Shown here: positions 39,745 through 50,014 of the stretch, piece after piece
Position numbering within the stretch: the stretch's first letter is position 1
Layout: each line of letters starts with the position of its first letter
Virus record (IMG/VR): IMGVR_UViG_3300042691_034899
Location: 16,849 to 80,848 of that record
Source: a virus
Direction: 5' to 3' (one strand)
DNA length: 64,000 nucleotides
The notes under the pieces: generated by a model
What the model was told of the DNA's origin: nothing
Database searches by the model: none
The model's input: the letters and a program-made list of their open reading frames with translations, nothing else
Made by a program: the position numbers and the translations under genes

Positions 39745-40722
39745 ATGGGGATTTTTGATAAGAGAGTTAGTTACAAACCTTTCGAGTATTCTCACATAAC
39801 AGATCCGTTGATCGATGCTATGTGGGCGAGTCATTGGACTCACAATGAATTTAATTTTAAGAACGATGTTCAGGACTTTAAGACAAGGCTTACTGATCAA
39901 GAAAGAGGAGTAGTAAAGAGAGCTATTCTTTTGACTTCTCAAGTAGAGGTAGCTGTAAAATCTTATTGGTCTAACATTGGAAGAGTTCTTCCAAAGCCTG
40001 AGATATCTGACTTAGGTGCAGTGTTCGGTGGTGTTGAAGTGATTCATTCAAGAGCCTATGCAGAGATTTTGTCTAAGCTAGGATTAGAAAATGAATTTGA
40101 TACACTATTCTCAGAGCCAGTTGTAAAAGGTAGAGTGGATTATCTTTCTAAGTATGTGAATAAAATCTACAAAGATGACAAGAAGAATATAGTATATTCA
40201 TTAATCTTATTCACATTATTTACGGAGTACTGCGCTTTATTCTCTCAGTTCTACACCATACTTGGGTTCAATAGATTTAGAGGTATACTAAAAGATGTAT
40301 CTAACATTGTACAGTATACTTCAAAAGAAGAGAATCTACATGCTGAAGGTGGTATGGCATTGATTAATCAAATACGTGAAGAGCATCCAGAAGTATTTGA
40401 TGAAGAGCTTACTAGTAAAATTTACTCAGAAGTTCAAGAAGCGTTCACGGCTGAGTCTAATCTTATTGATTGGATTTTGCAAGGGTACGAAAATGAATTC
40501 CTATCTCAAGATATACTAGAGGGGTATATTAAAAGAAGGATGAATGAATGCCTATCAAAAATAGGTTTTGAAAAACAATTTGAAATTCCTTCCAATATTA
40601 TTGAGGAAACTAATTGGATGGAGGAAGAGGTATATGCTTCAGCTATGACAGATTTCTTTCATAAGAAGCCTATAGACTATGCGAAAAAAACAAAAGTATT
40701 TAACGAAGAAGAATTATTTTAA
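39745..40722 (+). CDS. nrdB: Ribonucleotide reductase beta subunit (class Id-like)
   Basis: KPFEY, QVEVAVK, EVIHSRAY, EENLH, DFFHKKPIDY. Confidence 0.93.
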   Translation: MGIFDKRVSYKPFEYSHITDPLIDAMWASHWTHNEFNFKNDVQDFKTRLTDQERGVVKRAILLTSQVEVAVKSYWSNIGRVLPKPEISDLGAVFGGVEVIHSRAYAEILSKLGLENEFDTLFSEPVVKGRVDYLSKYVNKIYKDDKKNIVYSLILFTLFTEYCALFSQFYTILGFNRFRGILKDVSNIVQYTSKEENLHAEGGMALINQIREEHPEVFDEELTSKIYSEVQEAFTAESNLIDWILQGYENEFLSQDILEGYIKRRMNECLSKIGFEKQFEIPSNIIEETNWMEEEVYASAMTDFFHKKPIDYAKKTKVFNEEELF

Positions 40723-40723
40723 A

Positions 40724-42370
40724 ATGGAAAACTTTTATTGGCTTAACGAAGAATCAAGAAAATTTTTAAATGAAGGCTATCTTTTACCTGGTGTTACTCC
40801 AGAAGATAGAATCAGACAAATAGCTGATACAGCTGAACGAATAATGGGTATTAACGGATTCTCAGATAAGTTCTACGGATATATGGCAAAGGGCTTTTAC
40901 TCTTTAGCTACTCCAGTATGGATGAACTTTGGACTAGACAGAGGCCTACCTATATCGTGTTATGGGATTGACATTCAAGATGACACAGCGGATATTGTAA
41001 GAGCTGCTGCTGAGATTGGAATGCTTACAAAACATGGTGGGGGTACTGCTGGATTCTTTGGCAAACTTCGTCACAGAGGAGCTCTAATTAAAAGCAATGG
41101 GGTATCTAATGGTCCTATATCTTTTATGGAGTTGTTCCAATCAGCTACGAATGTTATCACACAAGGTCAAGCAAGGAGAGGTTACTTTGCTGCTTACCTA
41201 AACATTGATCATCCAGACATTGAGGAGTTCCTGAAGTGTAGAGAAGAAGGTCACCCAATCCAAGACATAGCATTAGCTGTAACTATCCCAGACTATTGGA
41301 TGCAAGAGATGATTGATGGAGATAAAGGCAAGAGAGCTATAATGGCAAAGGTACACAAGAAGAGATCTGAAACTGGATTCCCTTACATATTCTTTTCTGA
41401 TAATGTAGATAAAGATAAGCCTCAAGTGTATAAGGATAAAGACTTAAAGATTAATCACAGTCAAATGTGTTCTGAGATAATCGAGTACACTGATGATGAA
41501 AAAACATTTGTTTGTTGTTTATCCTCTTTGAACTTAGTTCATTGGGATGAGATTAAAGAGACAGATGCAATTGAAACTCTAACTATATTCCTTGATGCTG
41601 TATATACAGAGTTTATTGAAAAGGCAGAAGGTATACCATTCTTTGAGAAGGCCGTAAAATTTGCAAAGGAACATAGAAGTATTGGTCTTGGTGTTTTAGG
41701 ATGGCATAGTTTCTTGCAATCTAAAATGATTCCTTTTGAAGGTATGGAAGCTATGTATCTCAATGCGGAAATCTTCAAGACTATTAATGAAAGAAGCTTA
41801 GAGACAAGTAAAAAACTAGCCATATTTTATGGAGAGCCTGAGATGCTTAAAGGATACGATGAGAGATTCACAACAAGAGTTGCTATTGCTCCTACTACTT
41901 CATCAAGTTTTATCTTAGGTCAGGTGTCTCCATCAATTGAGCCGTTGCATTCTAATTACTTTTTGAAAGACTTAGCTAAAGGTAAATTCTCGTATAAGAA
42001 TCCTTACTTAGAAGAGCTACTTAAAAACAAAGGACTAGATACTCCAGAAACTTGGAAAAGTATTATGGTTAAGGGTGGATCTGTTCAGCACCTAGAGGGT
42101 CTGACAAAAGAAGAGAAGGATGTATTCAAAACATTCGGAGAGATAAGTCAGATGGAAATTGTAAAACAAGCAGCTCAAAGACAGAAATGGATAGATCAGG
42201 CTCAGTCATTGAATCTTATGATTCATCCAGACGTTCCGTTAAAGGATGTTAATGCTTTGCTTATTGAAGCTTGGAAGCTTGGACTTAAAACACTATATTA
42301 CCAAAGGAGTGTAAATATTGCACAACAAGTATCAAGAGATATTTTGTCTTGTGCATCTTGCGAGGCGTAA
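40724..42370 (+). CDS. nrdA: Ribonucleotide reductase alpha subunit (no ATP cone)
   Basis: LPISCY, RRG, CSEI, VCCLSS, IAPTTSSS, KTLYYQR, C-terminal CASCEA; start ATG 40724. Confidence 0.95.
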   Translation: MENFYWLNEESRKFLNEGYLLPGVTPEDRIRQIADTAERIMGINGFSDKFYGYMAKGFYSLATPVWMNFGLDRGLPISCYGIDIQDDTADIVRAAAEIGMLTKHGGGTAGFFGKLRHRGALIKSNGVSNGPISFMELFQSATNVITQGQARRGYFAAYLNIDHPDIEEFLKCREEGHPIQDIALAVTIPDYWMQEMIDGDKGKRAIMAKVHKKRSETGFPYIFFSDNVDKDKPQVYKDKDLKINHSQMCSEIIEYTDDEKTFVCCLSSLNLVHWDEIKETDAIETLTIFLDAVYTEFIEKAEGIPFFEKAVKFAKEHRSIGLGVLGWHSFLQSKMIPFEGMEAMYLNAEIFKTINERSLETSKKLAIFYGEPEMLKGYDERFTTRVAIAPTTSSSFILGQVSPSIEPLHSNYFLKDLAKGKFSYKNPYLEELLKNKGLDTPETWKSIMVKGGSVQHLEGLTKEEKDVFKTFGEISQMEIVKQAAQRQKWIDQAQSLNLMIHPDVPLKDVNALLIEAWKLGLKTLYYQRSVNIAQQVSRDILSCASCEA

Positions 42371-42391
42371 CTCACCTCCAAATTCCCCCAG

Positions 42392-42421
42392 GAGCCCTCA
42401 CATTTTGTGGGGGCTTTTTTT
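42392..42421 (+). terminator. Intrinsic terminator
   Basis: AGCCCTCACA-TTT-TGTGGGGGCT followed by a T-run. Confidence 0.75.
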
Positions 42422-42453
42422 GTTTAGCCAAATTTTTTCATTATATTTGCAAT

Positions 42454-43002
42454 ATGCTAGACAAGAAAGTACAAGACCACATTGATTTGGTCATACCTCC
42501 AGCAAAAAAGGAGTTAAAGTTTATAAAAGAACAAAACTGGTCTGAGATATCGCATCTTGGTAAGAGGGAAAGTATGTATAACCTTCAGTCAATTCTTAAT
42601 GAAAGGAACATAAATGCTTTGGTAAAACTGTACAACCTTGCAGAAGAAGATTTAGGTCATCCAGAAGTTAGGAAGTCTATAAAGATTCTTTTGGAATTCT
42701 ACTACATACTAGAAAAAAGGTATCAAAATGTTGACAAGAAGTTTGACTGGACAAAGTTTGATCAAAGTGAAAAGGACATTGAAAAGAAGATGGCCGATGA
42801 GATTGAATTTCAATCAGGAGTTCTGAAAGACCTATCAAGATTTAAAGAGAACTTACGTAAAATAAATTTCGGTGAGGAGTCTAACGATTTAGATATTCCT
42901 ATTCACTCAGATAAACCAATACCAGTTATTATGGCAGAGTCTGTCGAAGCTAGGTATCCAGAGATAAGGGAATTTATTAACAAAAAGCTGACTCAAAAAT
43001 GA
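42454..43002 (+). CDS. Hypothetical protein, leaderless
   Basis: TTTG-N19-TATATTTG-CAAT-ATG 42454, in frame with the track ORF. Confidence 0.65.
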   Translation: MLDKKVQDHIDLVIPPAKKELKFIKEQNWSEISHLGKRESMYNLQSILNERNINALVKLYNLAEEDLGHPEVRKSIKILLEFYYILEKRYQNVDKKFDWTKFDQSEKDIEKKMADEIEFQSGVLKDLSRFKENLRKINFGEESNDLDIPIHSDKPIPVIMAESVEARYPEIREFINKKLTQK

Positions 43003-44411
43003 TGCAATTAAGAGACTACCAACGGTCAGCTGTCAATGCTGCGATGAAGTATATTAGTTCAGCTAGTAAATCCCCAGCTATAATAGTAGCTCCAACTGGA
43101 GCTGGGAAGAGTTGGGAGATAGCTGGTATTGCAAAAAATTATCCTGATCCAATATTGATACTACAGCCTTCTATAGAATTATTGAAGCAGAACTATGATA
43201 AGTTTATGCTGATGGGTGGTGAGGCTAGTATATTTTCTGCAGGAGCAAAAGAAAAGGTAATCAGCCATGTTACCTATGCGACCATTGGAAGTGTCAAGTC
43301 AAAGGTAGCTGAACTTAAAAAAGCTGGAGTAAGTCTTGTAATTATAGATGAATGTCACCATGGTGTAAGCCCTGAGCCTAGTTCTGAATTCTCAAAATTT
43401 ATAAGAGCCTTGAATCCCAAAAAAGTTATTGGGCTTACAGCAACTCCTTTCAGACTTAAGAGTACAATGGAAGGGAGTAAGTTATCTATGCTGAATAGAG
43501 TTCGACCTGGGTACTTTAAAGAATTCATTCATGTAACTCAGATCAAAGAAATGATTGACCTTGGATACTGGTGTCCATCTATTGAAGAGGAATGGACTAT
43601 GGACGAGGGAACTCTAAAATTAAATACCAACGGTACAGAGTTTACAGAGGACAGTATAAAAAGAGCTGTAGAAGCAAACGGTATAAACAACAAAATCTAT
43701 CTTCGAGTCAAAGAGTTATTGCATCAGAACAACAGAAACAGTATTCTTGTATTTGTGGACTCTGTTTTATCGTGTGAGAAATTCTGCCAATGGATTCCAA
43801 ATAGTGCATACTTATCGAGTGATACCAAAGATAAAGACAGAGAAAGAATCGTAAGGGAATTCAAGGAAGGTAAGATAAAAGTTGTATTCAACTACGGAAT
43901 ACTAAGCACTGGATTCGATTTTCCTGGTCTTGACTGTATTATAATGGGAAGGCCTACAAACTCTTTGTCTGCATTTTATCAGATATACGGAAGAGGTGTG
44001 AGAACAATGGATGGAAAGAAAGACTTTTTATTTATTGATTACTGTAACAACTTCAATAGATTAGCTCATCCAAGAGACATAACCATCGAAAACTATGAAG
44101 GTTATGGATGGGGTGTGTTTACAAAAGAAAGATTAGTAACTGGAGTTCCATTGGATGGACCAGTAGTTACAAGAGAAGATCTAAATAATAAATCAAAAGG
44201 GAGTGATGGATCTATTGTCTTCCCGTTCGGAAAGAATAAAAACAAAAAAGTTGTAGACGTATATAAGAAAGATCCATCTTACATAAACTGGCTCTTAAAA
44301 CAAGACTGGTTAGACAATGGATTTAAAAAGAAGGTGGAGGACATAGTTAAAAGTATGACACTTAATGCTATTGCTCCTATAAAACCTAAATCTGTAGGGT
44401 ATTCTGGATAG
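42999..44411 (+). CDS. SF2 DEAH helicase (RadD/YejH-like)
   Basis: LRDYQ, APTGAGKS, IIDECH, GLTATPFR, TGFDFP, QIYGRGVR; C-terminal FPFGK...SYINWL domain. Confidence 0.92.
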   Translation: MMQLRDYQRSAVNAAMKYISSASKSPAIIVAPTGAGKSWEIAGIAKNYPDPILILQPSIELLKQNYDKFMLMGGEASIFSAGAKEKVISHVTYATIGSVKSKVAELKKAGVSLVIIDECHHGVSPEPSSEFSKFIRALNPKKVIGLTATPFRLKSTMEGSKLSMLNRVRPGYFKEFIHVTQIKEMIDLGYWCPSIEEEWTMDEGTLKLNTNGTEFTEDSIKRAVEANGINNKIYLRVKELLHQNNRNSILVFVDSVLSCEKFCQWIPNSAYLSSDTKDKDRERIVREFKEGKIKVVFNYGILSTGFDFPGLDCIIMGRPTNSLSAFYQIYGRGVRTMDGKKDFLFIDYCNNFNRLAHPRDITIENYEGYGWGVFTKERLVTGVPLDGPVVTREDLNNKSKGSDGSIVFPFGKNKNKKVVDVYKKDPSYINWLLKQDWLDNGFKKKVEDIVKSMTLNAIAPIKPKSVGYSG

Positions 44412-44436
44412 AAAAAGCCCCCTAAAATTGGGGGCC
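44412..44436. terminator. Terminator hairpin at the convergence point
   Basis: AAAAAGCCCCC-TAAAATT-GGGGGC. Confidence 0.7.
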
Positions 44437-44487
44437 TAAAACAATGCAGTAAACAGATTCTAATAACACAAACAAATATACAAAAAA

Positions 44488-44913
44488 TTATTGGAATATC
44501 TCGTTATTTTTTCTTAAGAATTCAAAAAGTTCTTCAGTAACAAGACCCGTTCCATCTGGATGTGGATCATGCCACAACTCTCCATTCCTATAAATACACA
44601 CATGGTCAAAGCCTCTATAGCTTTCTCCTATTACTAGGTAGTAACTATTGTCAAACTGATGACCGTTTAGTGATCCCCAATCATACCCTCTTTCCTGTAG
44701 CCATAATGATAAAACAAGAACCCATTTAACATCGGCTTCATCATCTGAAAAATGTTCTTGTATTTGAATACAATCTTCGGGGCTTTCTAAGTCCAGGAAA
44801 CATGCTATAGCTGCAGCGTATGAATTCTCCCTTGTCTTTACATCGTCCCAAAGGTGATTTAAGACTGAATCTACTCTTGTCTGTACCATCTTCTTCATAA
44901 GAGAATTTTTCAC
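44488..44913 (-). CDS. Hypothetical protein with a papain/C39-like His motif
   Basis: ENSYAAAIACFL...RGFDHVCIY.NG..WHDPHP. Confidence 0.5.
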   Translation of the reverse strand: MKNSLMKKMVQTRVDSVLNHLWDDVKTRENSYAAAIACFLDLESPEDCIQIQEHFSDDEADVKWVLVLSLWLQERGYDWGSLNGHQFDNSYYLVIGESYRGFDHVCIYRNGELWHDPHPDGTGLVTEELFEFLRKNNEIFQ

Positions 44914-44963
44914 TAATTTAAAAATCTATATTCACAATTCCAAAAAAGTTAATTGATTTGTAA

Positions 44964-46901
44964 TTAGTGTACATCTGCATATGTTTTTCCTACTTGAACG
45001 TCTACTTCTAATTTGATTGGATAGTTAAAACAGCTATTCACTTTTTCCATGCATTCATGTAGAATCTTCTCAGCCCATTCAGCTTTATCCTCATCTACAC
45101 AAAGTAAAACTTCATCATGGAACTGAGCTACTGGCTTTAATCCCTCTTGAATCATGAAGTATACCCAAAGGTCAAACATCTTTACACCAGCATTCTGATT
45201 ACATGCAGAGAACCTAATATGATCAGATGTAAGATATAACCATAAGCTACTGTATGGATTATATACCCATGTCTTATCATCAACAACTTTTGTCATCCTA
45301 TCTTCAGCATATTGCTTTACAGCCCAGTTCCTATCCCAGTAAGCTTCCAATACATTCTTAGCTTCTTTCAGTTGAATACTAGCTGATTCTGATATCTTTG
45401 CAGGCCCAGCTCCGTATGTCGCAGCATAATTTACAGTCTTGGCAACAGCTCTCTTTTTGGATAATCTTATATACTCCTTCTCCATAGATTCTTCTGTAAA
45501 GTTTCTATAGATATCTGGACAGTCCTCCGCTTTTCTGCCTTTAGACTTGAACCACTTAAAGAATTTAATCTCCTCGCTGTTCAACAATCCAGATCGTTCA
45601 CCAATATCCAAGTGAGCATCCCATCCCTTTACGTTCATCTGCTCAACGTATTCTGGATCATAGTTATAGATTGCTATTTGTTTTGTTTTATCTTCCAAAG
45701 AGGATACGTCACTACCTATTAGAACTTTTCCAGGAGGAGCTATCATTACGGATCTAATGTATTCTCCATACTGAGCTGTTGGCTTTGGTAGATTCACAAA
45801 TGGATTAGAGTGCTTAAGTCTTATTGTCTTTGCAAATCCATTGCATCTAGCAGCTGCGTATCCATCTTTATCAGCATACTTCAGAAAAGCTTTTAAGTAT
45901 CCTGCTCTATGAGAAGCTACTGATAACCCATCAAGAGCTTCTAGTTCAGGCTTTACCTCTATCAACTTCTTAATGTTAGGGCATAGATTCTTATCGTCAT
46001 CCCTTAGTTGAGGAACTTTTCCATTTGCTCCATCCTTATAGTACTTAGGATGCCAACCAAGAGATGTGAGAAAATCTTTCATCTGTTGATCTGAATTTGG
46101 ATTTGGATCTTCGTACTTAACTATTTCTCTTATTTCTCCATCGTAATCTTGAGGCAGATCAGCTCTTTCAAGTAAATCAAACCACTTCTCTCCAGCTGCA
46201 GATAATGATCCATCCTTTTTGAATATAACAGATGGCTTTTTTCTTATACTGTACTTAGGAACTTTAGGCATGATGTTTTGAAGCTGTTCTATCTTTTCAG
46301 ATATAATACCTTCAAGTATTTCTAAGTTCTTCTCTGCTTGCTTAACATCAATAAGGATCTTATTTGCTTCTTGGTAATGAAGGCATTCCATCTTGAATGT
46401 AAAATACTTTATTACATTTACAATAGCCTGCTCATCCTCATCATAGAGTTCGTTTAAAAGGTTAAGCATCTTAACCCAAAGATTAGTATTTATCTTAACA
46501 TCTTCTTCGCATCGGTGTCTGTACTCTTCGTAAGTTAAACTATTCCAATCTTCTATCTCTGGCTTTGGTACACCAAATCTTTCACCCCATGCTTCAAGCC
46601 CATGCTTTAAATACTCGTTGTATAAGTACCAGCTTATTCCAAGTGTATCTATTATCTGAGCATTAAATTCAAATCCTAGCTTCTCCAATGCTGGTTTATC
46701 ATAGGATACAAAGTTATGTCCGACAATAACATTATCATGATTCCCTACTAGATTCTGGATTCTACTTCTGTCTGCTGTGCTTATTATTTGCCAACCCCCA
46801 TTATCATCTTTATATGCAGCTGATAAAACATGGAGCTTTGTAAGCTCATCTAATAAACCATCACATTCGATATCTACAACAAACACTTTATTTAAATCCA
46901 T
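44964..46901 (-). CDS. polA: Family A DNA polymerase (3'-5' exo + polymerase, T7-like Tyr in motif B)
   Basis: DIECDG, GHN...YD, motif A DVSSLE, motif B AKTVNYAATYGAG, motif C HDE; promoter at 46919-46950. Confidence 0.95.
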   Translation of the reverse strand: MDLNKVFVVDIECDGLLDELTKLHVLSAAYKDDNGGWQIISTADRSRIQNLVGNHDNVIVGHNFVSYDKPALEKLGFEFNAQIIDTLGISWYLYNEYLKHGLEAWGERFGVPKPEIEDWNSLTYEEYRHRCEEDVKINTNLWVKMLNLLNELYDEDEQAIVNVIKYFTFKMECLHYQEANKILIDVKQAEKNLEILEGIISEKIEQLQNIMPKVPKYSIRKKPSVIFKKDGSLSAAGEKWFDLLERADLPQDYDGEIREIVKYEDPNPNSDQQMKDFLTSLGWHPKYYKDGANGKVPQLRDDDKNLCPNIKKLIEVKPELEALDGLSVASHRAGYLKAFLKYADKDGYAAARCNGFAKTIRLKHSNPFVNLPKPTAQYGEYIRSVMIAPPGKVLIGSDVSSLEDKTKQIAIYNYDPEYVEQMNVKGWDAHLDIGERSGLLNSEEIKFFKWFKSKGRKAEDCPDIYRNFTEESMEKEYIRLSKKRAVAKTVNYAATYGAGPAKISESASIQLKEAKNVLEAYWDRNWAVKQYAEDRMTKVVDDKTWVYNPYSSLWLYLTSDHIRFSACNQNAGVKMFDLWVYFMIQEGLKPVAQFHDEVLLCVDEDKAEWAEKILHECMEKVNSCFNYPIKLEVDVQVGKTYADVH

Positions 46902-47151
46902 CCTCTATTTATTTTAAACAAAGATAAAAATAAAAAGAGTCATAAACAAAAAATCCCCCACCAAATTAATGATGAGGGACAAATAAGTGAATTGTGTCTA
47001 CGGTATTTACGCTTAGAAGTCTTAGGATTTACGATAAACGACCTCTGCTTCCCCTGTCTGTAGACCTACCAAATTCCAACCTACATAGCAAACATACATA
47101 GTATAATCTGAATAAGCAAATAGATGAAATTTAATCCAATATTTTTGGCTG

Positions 47152-48321
47152 TTAAAATGGAGTGTTGCTACTTGGAGCTGGATCATCGAAGCCAATACCC
47201 TTTGCTGCACTTGAATTAAGTGTGTTAAAGTTGATTGCTCCAATAGTTGGAATCTCGTCAGATGGCTTCTTAAATTCTGGCTTCTTCTTTTGTACTGGGT
47301 TGTCGTTATAGTACATCTGATCTATCACCTTTTCGATATCTGGATTTATTATGTCGCAGAATAACCTAGGCTCTTCGAAGTTATCGTTATTCCTTACCTT
47401 TATATAGTTCTGATAGATTCTGTTTCTACCTTTTAATTTAGAAGTCTTTGTGTCATCTGCATCCCCTATGAAGTGATCCTTAAGATGTTTATATCTTTCC
47501 TTATTTACATTGGTGTATTCATCAAGATCAACAACTTGAGGTATTACAAGGGTAAGAATAATATCTGCAAACTGATACAAACTATCTGTGTTGTATATGT
47601 CACTTGAGTTTGGCAAATAATTCTTTGGGTTAGGCTTAGTCTTAGCATCAGATCCACCTCTCCATCTTTTCTCTATCTCCCTATTTAACTGGAAGAATAT
47701 CACAAAAGATAGATTTGTAAACTCTTTCTTTAAGTCATTGCAAAGCTTTAGGAATTTATCAATTTGGTCCTTTGTAAGTATGACATGTATGTGGTCAATA
47801 ATCAAGATGACTTCCTTGCCTTCATTCTTCTTTATGTACTGTCTTACAAGGTATTCAAATTCATTTCCTTCAACTGTCTGATCAAAGTTTAAAACACGTT
47901 CATCGAGAAGTTCTCCTAGCGCATCTTTCACTTTCTCCTTTTCATCTTCGGTAAACTCCTTAGATAGGATATCCTTCATGTCTCTATTCAAGACTTTCTT
48001 CATGTCCCTGAGAATCAAAGACTTTAACTGCATCTCCCAATTCAAAACTAATAAAGCTATGTCTTGAGTCGGATTTACTTCTGGATTCAATAGGTTAGAT
48101 TTTACCAAACTGGCCATGTGCGTTTTACCCATTGAAGGCCTTGCTCCAATAAACACCATCTGATTATTTAAACCTGCAGGCAAGAAGTTATCCAAGTGAT
48201 CTATGCCAGTCTTCAAAGGTGGTATTAAGCCCTTTTGAATATTGGCTATCTGAGAACAAGCTTTTAATACAGACTCTCTATTTCCTTCGCTAATTAATCT
48301 ATCTATTTCCTCTTTTGTCAT
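47152..48321 (-). CDS. DnaB-like replicative helicase
   Basis: TGIDHLD, GARPSMGKT, EM, IIDHI, QLNREIE, D.LYQFAD, KVRN; C-terminal TPF. Confidence 0.88.
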   Translation of the reverse strand: MTKEEIDRLISEGNRESVLKACSQIANIQKGLIPPLKTGIDHLDNFLPAGLNNQMVFIGARPSMGKTHMASLVKSNLLNPEVNPTQDIALLVLNWEMQLKSLILRDMKKVLNRDMKDILSKEFTEDEKEKVKDALGELLDERVLNFDQTVEGNEFEYLVRQYIKKNEGKEVILIIDHIHVILTKDQIDKFLKLCNDLKKEFTNLSFVIFFQLNREIEKRWRGGSDAKTKPNPKNYLPNSSDIYNTDSLYQFADIILTLVIPQVVDLDEYTNVNKERYKHLKDHFIGDADDTKTSKLKGRNRIYQNYIKVRNNDNFEEPRLFCDIINPDIEKVIDQMYYNDNPVQKKKPEFKKPSDEIPTIGAINFNTLNSSAAKGIGFDDPAPSSNTPF

Positions 48322-48911
48322 GCTGTCTCTGCTTGTACTTGTTCAAAAATTTGGTCGAATACTCTTTTGTTTTTTAGGTAATACATGTAAAGTCTACTCT
48401 GATCAAGCTCAAACTTTACTTGGAATACATTTGTTGGTTTGAAGAAAGCATATTCTAATCTGAAGTTAAACTCCATGTTGCTTTCATCTTTTACAAATTT
48501 TTCTAGAAGTGCTGCTAGATGATTCTTCTCGATACCACTGTGAACCCTAAACAATGCAATGTACATCTTGGTCTTCTTCTTGTTTCCAATTTGCTTACCA
48601 AGCTGCATGTATACATCTGATATCCAATCAAATAATAAGATATCTTCAGGAAGAATTTCAGGTGTCTCTAAATCATCTAGCAAGTTACCTCCAGATTTTG
48701 TTAACCTCAACTTACTCAATTTACTTTGTTTCTTATCACCTTTTATGTAGTCTACAAAACCAAACCCTTCTAGTATATCAATTCTATTGACATCTTGTAA
48801 TGAAAGATCAGCTTCCAGATCCTCATTCTTATTTTGCTTGGCTAATTGAAGTATTATTAAATCAACTGGTGATAAGCCCTTTTTATTAAGTAATTTGAAG
48901 TTAATGTACAT
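48318..48911 (-). CDS. Hypothetical replication-module protein
   Basis: Coupled upstream of the helicase. Confidence 0.55.
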   Translation of the reverse strand: MYINFKLLNKKGLSPVDLIILQLAKQNKNEDLEADLSLQDVNRIDILEGFGFVDYIKGDKKQSKLSKLRLTKSGGNLLDDLETPEILPEDILLFDWISDVYMQLGKQIGNKKKTKMYIALFRVHSGIEKNHLAALLEKFVKDESNMEFNFRLEYAFFKPTNVFQVKFELDQSRLYMYYLKNKRVFDQIFEQVQAETA

Positions 48912-48932
48912 AATTAGAAAATATTATATATT

Positions 48933-49463
48933 TTAATTCCCAGTGCTACCAAAGCCTCCAGCTCCTCTTTCTGTCTCAGACAATGCATCAGACTCAACAA
49001 AATTGATAGATGGATAAGGCATGATTATAAGCTGTCCAATACGATCACCTACAGCATAAACAGCTATAGCTATTGTATTATCAAAATACTCATCTTCGGC
49101 ATCCTTGTATAATAGTAAAGAACCATCCTCTAAAGCATCTGTAGAATCTTCGTCTGGAATAGGCACTCCCCAGTAGTCTATACTTGGTAGAAAAGAGAAA
49201 GTTATTTCTCCTCTATACCCTGAATCAATTACTCCAACATGATTTGTAAGGATAAGATTCTTTGTTCGGATAGAGCTTCTTGGAAAAACGAGTCCAACAT
49301 ATCCTTCAGGAATCTCTACTGCGATTCCAGTACCATAACTTAATGTACCAGTTATGAAATCGTATTCAACTGATGTAGCTGTTAAATCTAACCCTGCATC
49401 TCCTGGCTTGCTGTATTTAGGAATAACAGCATCCTCGTGTAGTTTTTTAATTTTTACGTCCAT
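48933..49463 (-). CDS. dut: Trimeric dUTPase
   Basis: DAGLDL, PRSS, GVIDSGYRGE, GDRIGQL, RGAGGFGSTG. Confidence 0.96.
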   Translation of the reverse strand: MDVKIKKLHEDAVIPKYSKPGDAGLDLTATSVEYDFITGTLSYGTGIAVEIPEGYVGLVFPRSSIRTKNLILTNHVGVIDSGYRGEITFSFLPSIDYWGVPIPDEDSTDALEDGSLLLYKDAEDEYFDNTIAIAVYAVGDRIGQLIIMPYPSINFVESDALSETERGAGGFGSTGN

Positions 49464-49468
49464 ATAAA

Positions 49469-50014
49469 TTAGTTTTCATCAAAGATACTAAAAATTTTTC
49501 CCCTCTCAATGACCTCGCCCTTAAATTTATCAAATTTTTCTTTTGCATATTTAAAACATTGCATATTAGGAATTTCTAATATGTTAGAATCAAAGTAGTT
49601 ATGACAATCGGAAACCCCATCAGAATCTTTTGATGAGCATAGGGGTATCCAATTTAATGGATGACTCATAACTGATTTGTATTTTTGCTTAGGAAGTATG
49701 TGGGCTATGTTCCAATGTGGCATATAGGATGAGTTTATCTTCCTACCACAATTGCAGCATGTTGGATTCTTTTGTAACTCTTCTATAGCTGAATTAAAAA
49801 AGTCTGGTAATTCAGATCTAGTTTCTTTTCGCTTTTGCTTATTCTTATCTGAGAAAGGTTTTAGTTTGGATCTTACTTTTACTTTACCTTCTAGCTTAGA
49901 TTTGCATGCTTGACATACTTTAGATCCTTTTAACTCTCCACTCTTTATTGTTGATCTTATAACTACCTCTCTATTACATTCTGGATTCTCACATTTATAT
50001 AGCTTGTTGTTCAT
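49469..50014 (-). CDS. Zn-finger/HNH-like endonuclease
   Basis: CxxC pairs, IAHILPK...N.IPLC...CH. Confidence 0.6.
   Translation of the reverse strand: MNNKLYKCENPECNREVVIRSTIKSGELKGSKVCQACKSKLEGKVKVRSKLKPFSDKNKQKRKETRSELPDFFNSAIEELQKNPTCCNCGRKINSSYMPHWNIAHILPKQKYKSVMSHPLNWIPLCSSKDSDGVSDCHNYFDSNILEIPNMQCFKYAKEKFDKFKGEVIERGKIFSIFDEN

Noticed and set aside
3748-48321. Introns or inteins in recA, thyA, nrdA/nrdB, polA or the helicases
   Set aside because: All are continuous, of normal length, with no intein termini or embedded homing endonuclease.
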